Shown: positions 19,759 to 29,179, counted from the first letter of the stretch. The stretch is 64,000 nt of DNA from a virus (IMGVR_UViG_3300030331_006142:32001-96000); one strand, 5' to 3'. Notes: generated by a model from the letters alone, not told the origin. Made by a program: numbers and translations.

Positions 19759-20097
19759 TTAAAATATTTTAACTTTGCTCAAAACACCTTGAACCAGAGA
19801 GTCTGGGTCTTCATTGGTTTCAAAGTTGTTATTCTTTAAAATTTCATAGATTTTTCGCAAAATAATATTAGCGGACCTTGAATTTTTGTGCTGATGGCCA
19901 TCGGGAAGCTCAGAAAGGACAGAATTAACAGAATCAATAATTATTTGTGGGTCAAAATCAAAATTTTCTTTTAATGAATGTAGTTTTTTTAAATATTTTT
20001 TGGCTTTTGGCACGGATTTTGAACATCCGACCTTTTTACCTTTTGTTTTATTCTTTTTTTTCTTAAAAACACACTTTTTTATTCGAATATACGGCAC
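19759..20097 (-). CDS. Basic hypothetical protein
   Basis: Probable GTG start at 20097 (MPYIRIKKCV...). Confidence 0.65.
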   Translation of the reverse strand: MPYIRIKKCVFKKKKNKTKGKKVGCSKSVPKAKKYLKKLHSLKENFDFDPQIIIDSVNSVLSELPDGHQHKNSRSANIILRKIYEILKNNNFETNEDPDSLVQGVLSKVKIF

Positions 20098-20099
20098 AT

Positions 20100-20336
20100 T
20101 TAGCACCCCCATCCGCAATCGCAAGGATAAGAATCGCAACAATCATATAACTCTTCATCATCATGGATAGTATCACCATACTCTAGATTGATATTCTCAA
20201 AAATCATATCTGAAATCTTCTTATCGACCTCCAAGGCGTGCTCTTCTCCAATCTTTTCGACCATTTCTGTTAAGTTTCTCCTTGCTTCCCATGGAGTTAA
20301 CTTGTTTTTATCTAATTCAACGCAAATTATACACAT
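20100..20336 (-). CDS. Small Cys-containing hypothetical protein
   Basis: MCIIC start; C-terminal CCDSYPCDCGWGC. Confidence 0.7.
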   Translation of the reverse strand: MCIICVELDKNKLTPWEARRNLTEMVEKIGEEHALEVDKKISDMIFENINLEYGDTIHDDEELYDCCDSYPCDCGWGC

Positions 20337-20339
20337 ATT

Positions 20340-20828
20340 TTACCTTATAAATCCAAAATGACTGTAAATTTTATTAATAATTATGGTGGGGCCATAATAT
20401 ATCATATCTCTTTGCTTACCTTTGTTGTGTACAATGATTAAAGCAGGCACCCCACGCAGACCCAATTGGCCAGCTATAAAGTTTACCCACTTTTCATCCA
20501 AATTTAAAACAATAATTTTGTTTTTCCAGCCAAAATCTTGAATTTTCTTTTCAACATGGCGACATGATTGGCACCATTGAGACGAAAACAAAACAAAATC
20601 AGGCATTTTTTCATCATTAAGCTTATTTATGAATTCTTTTTCGCCAGTATATCTTGAACCAGCCCGGTGGACAACTTTACCTTGATAGGTTACGACAAGT
20701 TCAGAGTTTCTTTTTTGCTCAGCAACGCAGGAAGGAGTTAAAAAACAGAGGGAAAAAGCCAAAAATACCCATGAAGCGCGAAAATTTTTTTTTCGAATTT
20801 TTTTTGCGGTATTTTTTTTCTGCTTCAT
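20340..20828 (-). CDS. Thioredoxin-fold protein, probable lipoprotein
   Basis: WCQSC active site, GVPAL cis-Pro loop, hydrophobic N-region ending TPSC. Confidence 0.8.
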   Translation of the reverse strand: MKQKKNTAKKIRKKNFRASWVFLAFSLCFLTPSCVAEQKRNSELVVTYQGKVVHRAGSRYTGEKEFINKLNDEKMPDFVLFSSQWCQSCRHVEKKIQDFGWKNKIIVLNLDEKWVNFIAGQLGLRGVPALIIVHNKGKQRDMIYYGPTIIINKIYSHFGFIR

Positions 20829-20865
20829 AGTGCTTATAACTACCTTTTATCCAATTAGCTACCTG

Positions 20866-21381
20866 CTATCTAGGAATGTCTTCGTCATTAGGAGCATCTT
20901 CGTCATCTAATACCGGTTCATCTCCATCACCAGAGTCATCGGAAGGTTTAAGCATATCTCTAACTCTATCAATAGCGTTCTTTTCACCTGCTAATGAGTT
21001 AGCAGCTTGTCGATTAACTGTAAGTCGATTAGCACCAAGCTCATATTCTATATAATCGTAATTTACACCATAACTGTTGGCAGCTAAATTAACAGCTTTA
21101 ATAAATTGATTCATTGCGCCATCGACAACTTCGCTTATTAAACCATAGTCAAGTGCTTTTTTACCAGGAACGTCTTGGTCAAAGCCTTGCGCCTCCGAAC
21201 TTAAATGATTTTTGTAAGCTTTGGCGTGTCTTATTAGCTCATTAATGGCAAGCTCTAATCGCTTGGATGAACGGTTGGGATTGACACGGTCAGCTTCATC
21301 AATTGCAACGTTTACTTCTGCTAGAACACTTGCAAGCTCTTCTTTGATTATACGTTGCAAGTTAGATTTTGTCATTTTCAT
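20866..21381 (-). CDS. IIKEE-leader protein
   Basis: MKMTKSNLQRIIKEEL; ACTATTTA at 21441-21448. Confidence 0.8.
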   Translation of the reverse strand: MKMTKSNLQRIIKEELASVLAEVNVAIDEADRVNPNRSSKRLELAINELIRHAKAYKNHLSSEAQGFDQDVPGKKALDYGLISEVVDGAMNQFIKAVNLAANSYGVNYDYIEYELGANRLTVNRQAANSLAGEKNAIDRVRDMLKPSDDSGDGDEPVLDDEDAPNDEDIPR

Positions 21382-21513
21382 TTATAAAATATCTCCTTAA
21401 AAACTGTTAAAAAATTAACGCTTTGTAATGCACTACAAGGTAAATAGTGTTTTAAAGATTGTTTGTTATAAATGATGCGGTATTTTGTCAGCGCCGCGCA
21501 ATATAATCAGCAA

Positions 21514-21825
21514 TTATTTAGTTGTTTTTACTTGCGGAGCAGTGGGAGCAACTGCAGGACTGGATTCTTCTATTTCAGACTTTAAGGTTTCAATATCATC
21601 TTCCATAGCAAGAATCCGTCGGACTATTTCTTTATAACTTTTTTGAAAACTATATTTAACCCAATTAGCTAGCCACTTTGCGGCGGGTTCGGCATTCCAC
21701 TCTTCAGGGGTGAGGTACGGCAAGCTTTCAGGAGGGATGCGCTCATCGCTGCTAGACTCCATTGTAAGGACATGTCCTATCTCTTCTTTAATAATATTTA
21801 TTAATTTTTTTTTGGAAATTTTCAT
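21514..21825 (-). CDS. IIKEE-leader protein
   Basis: MKISKKKLINIIKEEI. Confidence 0.8.
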   Translation of the reverse strand: MKISKKKLINIIKEEIGHVLTMESSSDERIPPESLPYLTPEEWNAEPAAKWLANWVKYSFQKSYKEIVRRILAMEDDIETLKSEIEESSPAVAPTAPQVKTTK

Positions 21826-21846
21826 GAAACCCTCTTTTGCCGCTGG

Positions 21847-22689
21847 TTAATCAATTTTACGTTGTGACAGATACGTGCCCAAAACATCTTGTGCAATAGA
21901 CACTGCTGTTTTCCTAGGGAGGTCTAGCAACATGCATGCTCTTGGTGACCCATCCGAATTCTTTGGCCCGCTTCGATTTGCACAGTCGCGAATTTGTTGT
22001 CCGAATTTATTGTCGTTTTTCATTTTGCACTGGGCCCAGTTATGCCAGGCCTTTCCAAATCTTGGTGCACTATGAGTTTTGTATGCTTCTTCCTTGCATG
22101 GGTCTTCTGATATCTCTTTTATAGCAACTTCTAATTCTTCCTTGATTATTTGGGCTAACTTTTTCTTTGATATTTTTTTATTTTTAGATTCATCTAGGTC
22201 CGGTGGTAGTTCTCTGTCGGAGAATGGGGTTCCACCCGCGCCGCGGATGCCACGCGTTGCGTAATAATTTGCCACAAAAGCGAATATGGTCTCATCGGCC
22301 TGCGCGCCGTCCGAAAACAACAGGTCTACGGCTTTTTTCCACCAAGGCGTTTGTGGATATCCTTTTTGGTTCACCCATTGCGTCCATTCGCGGTATACCG
22401 GGTCTTCTTCGGAAATGACCCGAATGCTTTTTCCGAAAAACATTTCTCTCAATTCGCCGTTATTGGCTATCCCCAACTTGCTGGCTACTATTCTAAGCGC
22501 CTTTTGGGAACGCGGCTTACCCTTAACCCACTTTAACTGCCGAGCCATGGTGGCGCCCGTTTCGCGACGCGCACCGTCAACTGTGACTTTATAGCCCTTC
22601 CGGTAACTGCTGTCGACGGCGTCCTCGTTCATTGCTTTTTTTACTTCTTCTTTGATTAATTTCTCTAAAATTTTTTTCGTGATTTTCAT
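21847..22689 (-). CDS. IIKEE-leader protein with second internal leader copy
   Basis: MKITKKILEKLIKEEV and internal KISKKKLAQIIKEEL; ACTATTTA at 22734-22741. Confidence 0.8.
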   Translation of the reverse strand: MKITKKILEKLIKEEVKKAMNEDAVDSSYRKGYKVTVDGARRETGATMARQLKWVKGKPRSQKALRIVASKLGIANNGELREMFFGKSIRVISEEDPVYREWTQWVNQKGYPQTPWWKKAVDLLFSDGAQADETIFAFVANYYATRGIRGAGGTPFSDRELPPDLDESKNKKISKKKLAQIIKEELEVAIKEISEDPCKEEAYKTHSAPRFGKAWHNWAQCKMKNDNKFGQQIRDCANRSGPKNSDGSPRACMLLDLPRKTAVSIAQDVLGTYLSQRKID

Positions 22690-22799
22690 GGGCCACTCCT
22701 TTTTTAAAACCGTTAAAAAACTAACGTCACAATTAAATAGTATTTTTGTAAGTTAATCGTAAAATCTCCGAAATTTTCTGTGTGGAGAGAACGTGGGCG

Positions 22800-23280
22800 T
22801 AGCTAGCGCATGTAGGTGCATGTAGGTGTAAGACTTACATTCGGCTACCTGTGGGGGGAGGGGGGAGGGGTACCCACACCCTACTACATGTAAGTTTTTT
22901 AAATACATTTAAATAGATTTGTTTACCTTGCCCTACATTGTGCTCGAGTTACTTACGCTTACCCACACCGCCCTACATTGTGCTCGAGTTGCCTACAGCA
23001 ACCTAGGTTGTAGTCGAGTCGCCTACGCTTGCCTACACTGTAGTCGAGTCACCTACGTTTTAGTACAATGTATTCTGGTGTAGGTATAAGTATTATTTTT
23101 TTTACCTCGCACGACATTTTCCTACCGGTAGGGCAAGGTAGTATAGTGTAGGTGGATGTAGTAGAAAAAAAAGTTAAAAAAAAAATAAAAAAAATAAAAA
23201 AACTTGAGATACATGTCGTTTTTTGTCGCGAAAGGTAGGATATATGCCTACACCTACCTACATGTAGGTGCTGTAAGTAG
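22800..23280. repeat. Non-coding CCTAC/GTAGG repeat region with G-tract; 10-bp phased at 22931-23060
   Basis: ccctacattgtgctcgagtt x2, tgtagtcgagtc x2, catgtaggtg x3, G6-A-G6-A-G4 at 22853-22870. Confidence 0.85.
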
Positions 23281-23380
23281 TTGAAATTGTTGAGGTTTTC
23301 ACGGTCACGTTTTTGAAATGGGAAAAAGAAGAAATTGTCGCTCTAAGTGCTTGAAATCATTAAACTTTCGTTCCTGCCGC

Positions 23381-23409
23381 TGGCATGTCACGAGAAAAAA
23401 TGGTATAAT
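23381..23409 (+). promoter_or_regulatory. sigma70-type promoter with extended -10
   Basis: TGGCAT-N17-TATAAT with TGn. Confidence 0.65.
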
Positions 23410-23513
23410 ATATACATAAGCAAGGGGGAGAAAGCCCCGCGCAACTTGAACCGCGCCCCACGCGGGCGCATTTACCCGCACGCTACACGTGCATCTAATG
23501 AAAGGAGCCTCTC

Positions 23514-23750
23514 ATGGCTTTACGACGACAGAAAAACAACATTCAAAACCTTAACCTTATCATCGTCAACGAGGACGAGAAGGCTGGCATGACCATTGAC
23601 CAGACCATTCTCAATGGCAAGTCCGCGGCGGTATCGTTCCGCCTTGTCAACGGTGGGCGCAAGTCCGCGGCCGTCAAGCTGGACCGCCAGGCATGCGTGG
23701 ACCTGCTTGAAGCGGTCACCGAAATCCTCGACACTGAAGGCGACTTCTAG
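23514..23750 (+). CDS. Small early protein, paralog of 25408-25653
   Basis: AAGGAG RBS; shares TIDQT.NG.S..VS.RL.NG...SAAVKLDR. Confidence 0.88.
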   Translation: MALRRQKNNIQNLNLIIVNEDEKAGMTIDQTILNGKSAAVSFRLVNGGRKSAAVKLDRQACVDLLEAVTEILDTEGDF

Positions 23751-23909
23751 TCGCTTGACCTGGACAGGTCAAAAAACTGTCCTTACATTTTGTTAATTAC
23801 TATCGACCGACAAGGGGCTTAGTATGTTTGAATTTGTTATTCCTGTTTTGATTTGTTATATTGTTGAACACATGCCAGTCTATGACTGGTCTTGCTTGGA
23901 GAATTGATT

Positions 23910-24113
23910 ATGTCTGATTATATGCTTGATACTGCTATCGTATACGCCGGGCGGTCTTATATGGCTCGCCCAGGTTCCGCCCGGTATCGTTGGCTCGAAC
24001 GCGCTGCGATTCACCACAACATGCGCGACTATGGGAACGCGCGCGCATGCTTCCGCAAAGCGCTCGACGCTCCGGAGCGTGAAGCGTGGATGTTGTCTGG
24101 AGCTGTCCGATAA
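23910..24113 (+). CDS. Small hypothetical protein
   Basis: GGAG RBS before ATG at 23910. Confidence 0.6.
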   Translation: MSDYMLDTAIVYAGRSYMARPGSARYRWLERAAIHHNMRDYGNARACFRKALDAPEREAWMLSGAVR

Positions 24114-24277
24114 TGGAGAGCTTACATATCAAAATCGCCGGCGACCCTGGCTATCGGACTCGACTAGCCAGGATTAAAACCCCTTGGTACTCGCGCTTGT
24201 ATTGGGCTGTGTGGCACAATATGACCGATGCTATCATCATCGCGGCCGCGGCCGTCGCTGTCTGGAGCTTCGTATAA
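24113..24277 (+). CDS. Small membrane protein
   Basis: TAATG coupling; C-terminal hydrophobic helix. Confidence 0.6.
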   Translation: MESLHIKIAGDPGYRTRLARIKTPWYSRLYWAVWHNMTDAIIIAAAAVAVWSFV

Positions 24278-24399
24278 TGGCAACACGCCGGACGCGAGTG
24301 AGTCGCGCATGGTCTAAGACCAAAAAACGAGGCTGAGTCTCCTACACCATCCCACCACCTGCGCGTCCGGCACCCCGCCGGGCAGCGCACTCGTGTATG

Positions 24400-24650
24400 T
24401 ATTACACTTACATTTCCCTACATTTCCCTACATGTCCTACCTTTGCTCACACCTACCTACAGGTAGGACAAAGTGGGAGGTTTAACTACATTTCCCTACC
24501 TCGACCTACCTTATCCTACCTGTAGGATATTTACTTATATTTCTTACTTTCGCCTACATCACCACACACCTCCCACATTGTGCGCGGCTGCCTACATTGC
24601 CATACGTGGTCATACATGTAGGTCTTTATACTACATCGCCCTACCTCTGC
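24400..24650. repeat. Second CCTAC-rich non-coding region
   Basis: tacatttcccta repeats in 10-bp units, many CCTAC/GTAGG. Confidence 0.75.
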
Positions 24651-24993
24651 GATGGTCCCCGACCGTTAAGAAATTAACAGACAGTTGAAGTGATAATACC
24701 ACAGCGTGGCCTGCTCGAAATTCGCTTGTATATTCACGGCCTTAAACATCTCAATCACTAAATTGATTTTTTCACAGCTCATCATCTTTTTTTTTCCAGG
24801 CGTTAATTTATTTACGTTGACAACGGGGAACGAGTATGTATTAAATCGCTTCCCACGCTGTCACACTTTTTTCCACACCACAACACTTTTTTTTCTGTGA
24901 TGCCCTATGGTATAGGGAGCTGGGCGTTAATGCCCTAACACCACCTAACCTTTTTTCTTTGTTTTATACCAAGAACGATTCACTTTTGATTTT

Positions 24994-25194
24994 TTAGAAG
25001 CCATAATCATCTGACTCCATGCTCATGCCGCTGTTACCAATCAACCGAACCTCACCCAGCAAATCAGATGTTGGCACCCAGCGCTGTTTTCCGTTCTCCC
25101 ACTGTACCAGGGTTTCATTACCGTTTCGGCGTTGCTCCAAGGCTACACCGTTCTTGTTATCATACTGAGTCTCTGTCTTACTTTGAACAAACAT
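24994..25194 (-). CDS. Small SH3-like hypothetical protein
   Basis: AGGAGG RBS; LVQWENGKQRWVP. Confidence 0.7.
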   Translation of the reverse strand: MFVQSKTETQYDNKNGVALEQRRNGNETLVQWENGKQRWVPTSDLLGEVRLIGNSGMSMESDDYGF

Positions 25195-25354
25195 TATTTG
25201 TTTCCTCCTTCTTGAGTGGTTCGCTGGTTAACACGTCTTGTGCTTCTTCGGTTAGCAATATAAGAAACGTCACGGACTCGATTGATAACTGGCTTACTAT
25301 AAAACATATTTATTCTTTTCTTCTCTTCTCGGATTGTTGTTAGTGCAAAAGTGG

Positions 25355-25409
25355 GGGGTTGATTATGAAAGGCAAGGTTCAACCCCTTATGAAAACCTTG
25401 TTACGACTT
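25355..25409 (-). ncRNA. Predicted H-type pseudoknot in intergenic RNA
   Basis: CAAGGT/ACCTTG and GGGGTTGA/TCAACCCC interleaved. Confidence 0.45.
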
Positions 25410-25653
25410 ATACCTCTTCCTTCTCCAGCACTTCACCGAGTGCAGCAACCAAGTCTGTTAGGGCGACTCGGTCCAACTTGACCGCAGCAGAGCGCTGCTT
25501 GCCATTGATAAGGCGGACACTCACGCCCTGTGAGTTGCCGTTGACCAAGGTCTGGTCAATAGTGATACCGGCTGGCTTCTGCTTGGAGTCGTCGCTCTGC
25601 TCGTTCATGATGGTGAAAGCAATGTTTTCGATGTTGCTGATTGTGCGCTTCAT
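25408..25653 (-). CDS. Small early protein, paralog of 23514-23750
   Basis: Shared motifs; own promoter. Confidence 0.88.
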   Translation of the reverse strand: MKRTISNIENIAFTIMNEQSDDSKQKPAGITIDQTLVNGNSQGVSVRLINGKQRSAAVKLDRVALTDLVAALGEVLEKEEV

Positions 25654-25724
25654 AATGTTTGTCCTTTCAAAGACAGTTTGTTTGGTATTGGAATTTGGGC
25701 CCTTCCCTCATTCTCAATATATAT

Positions 25725-25753
25725 ATTATCTCAAATAATCGAGCAAAAGTCAA
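25725..25753 (-). promoter_or_regulatory. sigma70-type promoter
   Basis: TTGACT-N17-GATAAT. Confidence 0.7.
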
Positions 25754-25990
25754 GAACTTTTTTAGTGCTCGGTGCATTTTTATTTCACTTGGTCTCGCGA
25801 CCAAAAGTGTCGAGGTTCCCATCTTCCTCGACGTGGATATAGCCTGCCCTGGAAATCACTTCCACGCTTACGCAACCACGGCGCCAAACTTCGGCCAACT
25901 TGACAACAATGCGCTGCGTTTGGAGCGCTTGACAACAATGCGGGTCCTGAATTGGTACGCCTCTGGTCTATATCCCCCACGGGCTCGCAC

Positions 25991-26251
25991 TCATACCGGG
26001 TCGGCTGAGTACGGTTCAAGTGTGTTAACGTCTGGACGGTCTAGCCATCCCATTTGATAACACACCTCTTTGAAGAAAGTATCTGGATATCCCTTATAAT
26101 TGATGCCTCGACAAGTGGTTTCGCCGTTACTCTCGAAGCCCAACTCGCCACCATCGCCGCCCTTTGCCATGTCTTTGTACTGCCACTTGACCTCTTCATA
26201 CATAAAGACCGAGCTTACACGCGACCCCATGTCTGTATATACTTCAACCAT
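25991..26251 (-). CDS. Hypothetical protein
   Basis: ORF in early operon; start uncertain. Confidence 0.6.
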   Translation of the reverse strand: MVEVYTDMGSRVSSVFMYEEVKWQYKDMAKGGDGGELGFESNGETTCRGINYKGYPDTFFKEVCYQMGWLDRPDVNTLEPYSADPV

Positions 26252-26265
26252 TTGTTCAACTGTTC

Positions 26266-26487
26266 TCACTGTGCATCTCCTCCGCCTGTGCCGGCGCCCT
26301 GACAAACTTCATAACAATGCTCATGCACAAAATAATGACAACTTTCGCCACAGCCAGCATCTGTCTTGTCACAAAGCATTTCAACATCCTCTTCGCATTG
26401 CATTACTTTTCGGCACGATTCACCTTCTTCACTAGGGCAACCGCATAATGCTAAAGCAAGAGATAAAATCAACATTCTTTTAATCAT
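26266..26487 (-). CDS. Cys-rich lipoprotein
   Basis: Lipobox LALCGC followed by several Cys. Confidence 0.7.
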   Translation of the reverse strand: MIKRMLILSLALALCGCPSEEGESCRKVMQCEEDVEMLCDKTDAGCGESCHYFVHEHCYEVCQGAGTGGGDAQ

Positions 26488-26680
26488 TAATCACCTCATA
26501 TCGCCGATGCGGGTTGAGCTGCGAACGATAAACCTCGCTAACTCCACAAGGGCAAACAATCTTTGCTTTATACGAATCCTCGTTGGTCCTTGGCACAAGC
26601 ACCATTGCAACATTACATCGCACAGCGCCTGGTTCGCCAGCACAAGAACCCAATGGATTAACTAAGTCGCCTCGTTTCAC
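26480..26680 (-). CDS. KxGDLV-family mini-protein
   Basis: MKRGDLV...YEVIND. Confidence 0.65.
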   Translation of the reverse strand: MKRGDLVNPLGSCAGEPGAVRCNVAMVLVPRTNEDSYKAKIVCPCGVSEVYRSQLNPHRRYEVIND

Positions 26681-26778
26681 TTCTTCTCTCCAAATTCTCT
26701 CATCTTACGAAGAAGTTTCTCAAGTAGCTTTTTATTGTTCTCGGTCATTTCAAGTCTTCCTCGATTGTTTATGTTACC

Positions 26779-26807
26779 ATTATACCCTATCTTGACCGCT
26801 AGGTCAA
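26779..26807 (-). promoter_or_regulatory. sigma70-type promoter
   Basis: TTGACC-N17-TATAAT. Confidence 0.75.
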
Positions 26808-26982
26808 GAAAAAAATAGCCGCGAATGGAAAAAAAATTCGGCGATTAGCGACGAGCGTCGTACTCGTACAACAGTAACCACACAAGTATTAACATCACAA
26901 TCACGGTCTAAGTGTCACTGTCCAAGTGAGTATTAAACATGTCACCATCGTTATTGCAAACAAGCTAAGTGCATACCACATA

Positions 26983-27189
26983 TTAAAACCAATCAATCTC
27001 GCGCGACTTCGGTCGTGAGAAAAACTCGAACGGGCCGATACGGAGGATGCTGTATGGCGTGGTGGTATCATTCGACAACACAAGGTTATAGCGCTTAAAC
27101 GAGAACCCCCACGACGGAGAGCGACCAACAAAAGTTGTGTATGGGTATCTTAACATCAACTTTCCTTTCAGTGTTCTCCAAATCGACAT
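26983..27189 (-). CDS. Hypothetical protein
   Basis: Coupled ORF. Confidence 0.6.
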   Translation of the reverse strand: MSIWRTLKGKLMLRYPYTTFVGRSPSWGFSFKRYNLVLSNDTTTPYSILRIGPFEFFSRPKSREIDWF

Positions 27190-27521
27190 TATTTCAATCC
27201 AAACTTTTTGAGCAAATCTTCTGCCTGGTCAAATGTCATACCAACGTCCGAAAAGGCTTTCTTCTTGCGCTTGACTGTCGGGGCATCTGCCAATGGTGTT
27301 GTTGCTCCGCGAATTTCGTCCGCAGTCCAGTTACCGAGCTGAAGCTCAAAGTCGGTGACAACCAAAGTCCTGGCTGGGAGTCGTTCGCAGCGCAAGTGCT
27401 TGGCGACCGCTCTGCGGGCCTCTGCCTTTCCTGGCATTAGTGGCACGGTAATCGCGCCGGACCAGAGCAAGTGTTCGTTGTTAGCGTCATCAGATAGTCG
27501 GTAGTAAATTCGGGTTGCCAT
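27189..27521 (-). CDS. Hypothetical protein
   Basis: First ORF after promoter at 27554-27582. Confidence 0.75.
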   Translation of the reverse strand: MATRIYYRLSDDANNEHLLWSGAITVPLMPGKAEARRAVAKHLRCERLPARTLVVTDFELQLGNWTADEIRGATTPLADAPTVKRKKKAFSDVGMTFDQAEDLLKKFGLK

Positions 27522-27553
27522 AATTTGAGCCTTTCCTCATTGTTTGTATATAC

Positions 27554-27582
27554 ATTATGTCAAATTTTTAACCAAATGTCAA
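27554..27582 (-). promoter_or_regulatory. sigma70-type promoter
   Basis: TTGACA-N17-CATAAT. Confidence 0.75.
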
Positions 27583-27620
27583 GAAAAAAATGACCCATTT
27601 CACAAAAAAGTTTCAACCAC

Positions 27621-27884
27621 TCACAACAGTTCCTCGCCGGCGCGGAAGATTCTAAATTTATGACGGTTGTTAATAATATTCATTCCACTAAATCCACAGT
27701 CAGGAATGTACCCTGGTACACTCGGACCTTGCCAGGTCACAAAAACCTTCTCACTATGCCCCCATGCGTTTGGTTCAATAGATGTAACAAGGCAAACATA
27801 ATCAATGTCATTGGTCAAGCCGACAGGCACCATACTCTTGACAATCAACATATCACCAAGCCGTGGAGTTCTGGTTGAGTTCAT
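27621..27884 (-). CDS. Hypothetical SH3-like protein
   Basis: RLGDML...VFVTW. Confidence 0.65.
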   Translation of the reverse strand: MNSTRTPRLGDMLIVKSMVPVGLTNDIDYVCLVTSIEPNAWGHSEKVFVTWQGPSVPGYIPDCGFSGMNIINNRHKFRIFRAGEELL

Positions 27885-28069
27885 GGGCTGTATTCACAGT
27901 CCCAGTCATTGAGGGCGGCTGCTCTCAGCAGCTCGGTTGGCTCGTCATCATAACAAGCAAATCCGCGAGCTTCGAGATAATCAACAAGCATTGAACGAGA
28001 TGCTTCTTCAAGCTCTCTTCGAGTCACGTCGATAAAGTTACCTGTGATGGTTTCAAGCGTTAAATACAT
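27881..28069 (-). CDS. Hypothetical protein
   Basis: Coupled ORF. Confidence 0.65.
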   Translation of the reverse strand: MYLTLETITGNFIDVTRRELEEASRSMLVDYLEARGFACYDDEPTELLRAAALNDWDCEYSP

Positions 28070-28084
28070 TTAATTTACCTTTCT

Positions 28085-28351
28085 TTATTTTTTTCGCGAA
28101 AGGACATCGCCTTTTGTTTCAATTTTTCGCAGCCACGTTGGATGAATATGATATTTCTGGAAATCACTCTCTTCGCCAAAACAGATAACTTCAAAAATAT
28201 TATCTTTTGTTGTTGGGATGCACTTTACAATATATCCGATTTTGCCGTGACCGGGAATGAGGGTGTTAAATTCAGGACTTAAGTCTGAATGGTCCCATAT
28301 CTGAACCATCGCTCCAGGCTTCAACTGCTCGTAGTGTGATTGTCTGGTCAT
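28085..28351 (-). CDS. Hypothetical SH3-like protein
   Basis: LKPGAMV...IGYIV. Confidence 0.65.
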   Translation of the reverse strand: MTRQSHYEQLKPGAMVQIWDHSDLSPEFNTLIPGHGKIGYIVKCIPTTKDNIFEVICFGEESDFQKYHIHPTWLRKIETKGDVLSRKK

Positions 28352-28537
28352 AAATTCTCTTTTGCTAAAGATGAACCATGAGCATCATCATAAGATAAAA
28401 GGCTGCCACGCCGAGTACGCAGGCGGCGTAAATCTTAATAGCAAAAAACAGCGACCAAACTTCGTATTTCTTTTTTTCTTCATAGTGCTCTTTCCAATTT
28501 GGGTCTGCGTTGAAATTCATTTTTAATCAACCTCCTT

Positions 28538-28747
28538 TTATCCTTGGTTCTCGTATGAATCCCAAATGTCAAACGCATCAACCTCGGTATCTTTGATTAC
28601 CTGATTGATTCGTTTAAGCAAATGCGCACAGGCTTCCATTATACCTTCTTGTGTATCGAGTCTATCTTCCCACTGTTTTTTCGTTAAGTCTGAATCAATC
28701 GAGAACGCGATTGATAATGCGTGATTATATTTTTTCTTGTCACTCAC
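28538..28747 (-). CDS. Hypothetical protein
   Basis: ORF in early operon. Confidence 0.65.
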   Translation of the reverse strand: MSDKKKYNHALSIAFSIDSDLTKKQWEDRLDTQEGIMEACAHLLKRINQVIKDTEVDAFDIWDSYENQG

Positions 28748-28959
28748 TTACAACTCCTACACACATGACCGCCAAACTCTGGCTTCTTTACATTCGGGAA
28801 ATACTCGTGACAATAAATGCAGTCAACACCATAAATGTTTGCGCCTGCATAGTGACCACTGTCACGCTCGAAACGAAGTCGATTAGACCTCGCGATAAAT
28901 CTCATTCTTGCTTTGCCAGCCATAGAAAAATAACCTTTCTTGATTGTTTCTACTCTTAT

Positions 28960-28988
28960 AGTATAGCAGCTAAACTAATGAAAGTCAA
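28960..28988 (-). promoter_or_regulatory. sigma70-type promoter
   Basis: TTGACT-N17-TATACT. Confidence 0.7.
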
Positions 28989-29179
28989 GAACTTTTTACA
29001 ATTTTTAAGTCGTAATCCCAAACATTATTTCCAATGGTTCCGTCGCGCCACAAGACTCTGTACTCATTATTGTTATATCTGTGTATCAAAAAACGAGTAC
29101 TAAATCCAAGAATGATTCCATACCTTTCTGCACCGTGGCGACTTGGATGATTGTCTTTAACTAAATCACCGACTTTCAC
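28985..29179 (-). CDS. MKVGDLV mini-protein (array A)
   Basis: GTG start inside junction repeat. Confidence 0.85.
   Translation of the reverse strand: MKVGDLVKDNHPSRHGAERYGIILGFSTRFLIHRYNNNEYRVLWRDGTIGNNVWDYDLKIVKSS

Noticed and set aside
25395-25409. rRNA gene or fragment
   Set aside because: Match is only 15-17 nt; flanks are phage ORFs
25780-26019. ORF 25780-26019 and a 14-bp direct repeat ttgacaacaatgcg within it
   Set aside because: Reading frame is ambiguous and only two repeat copies exist; no call is supportable
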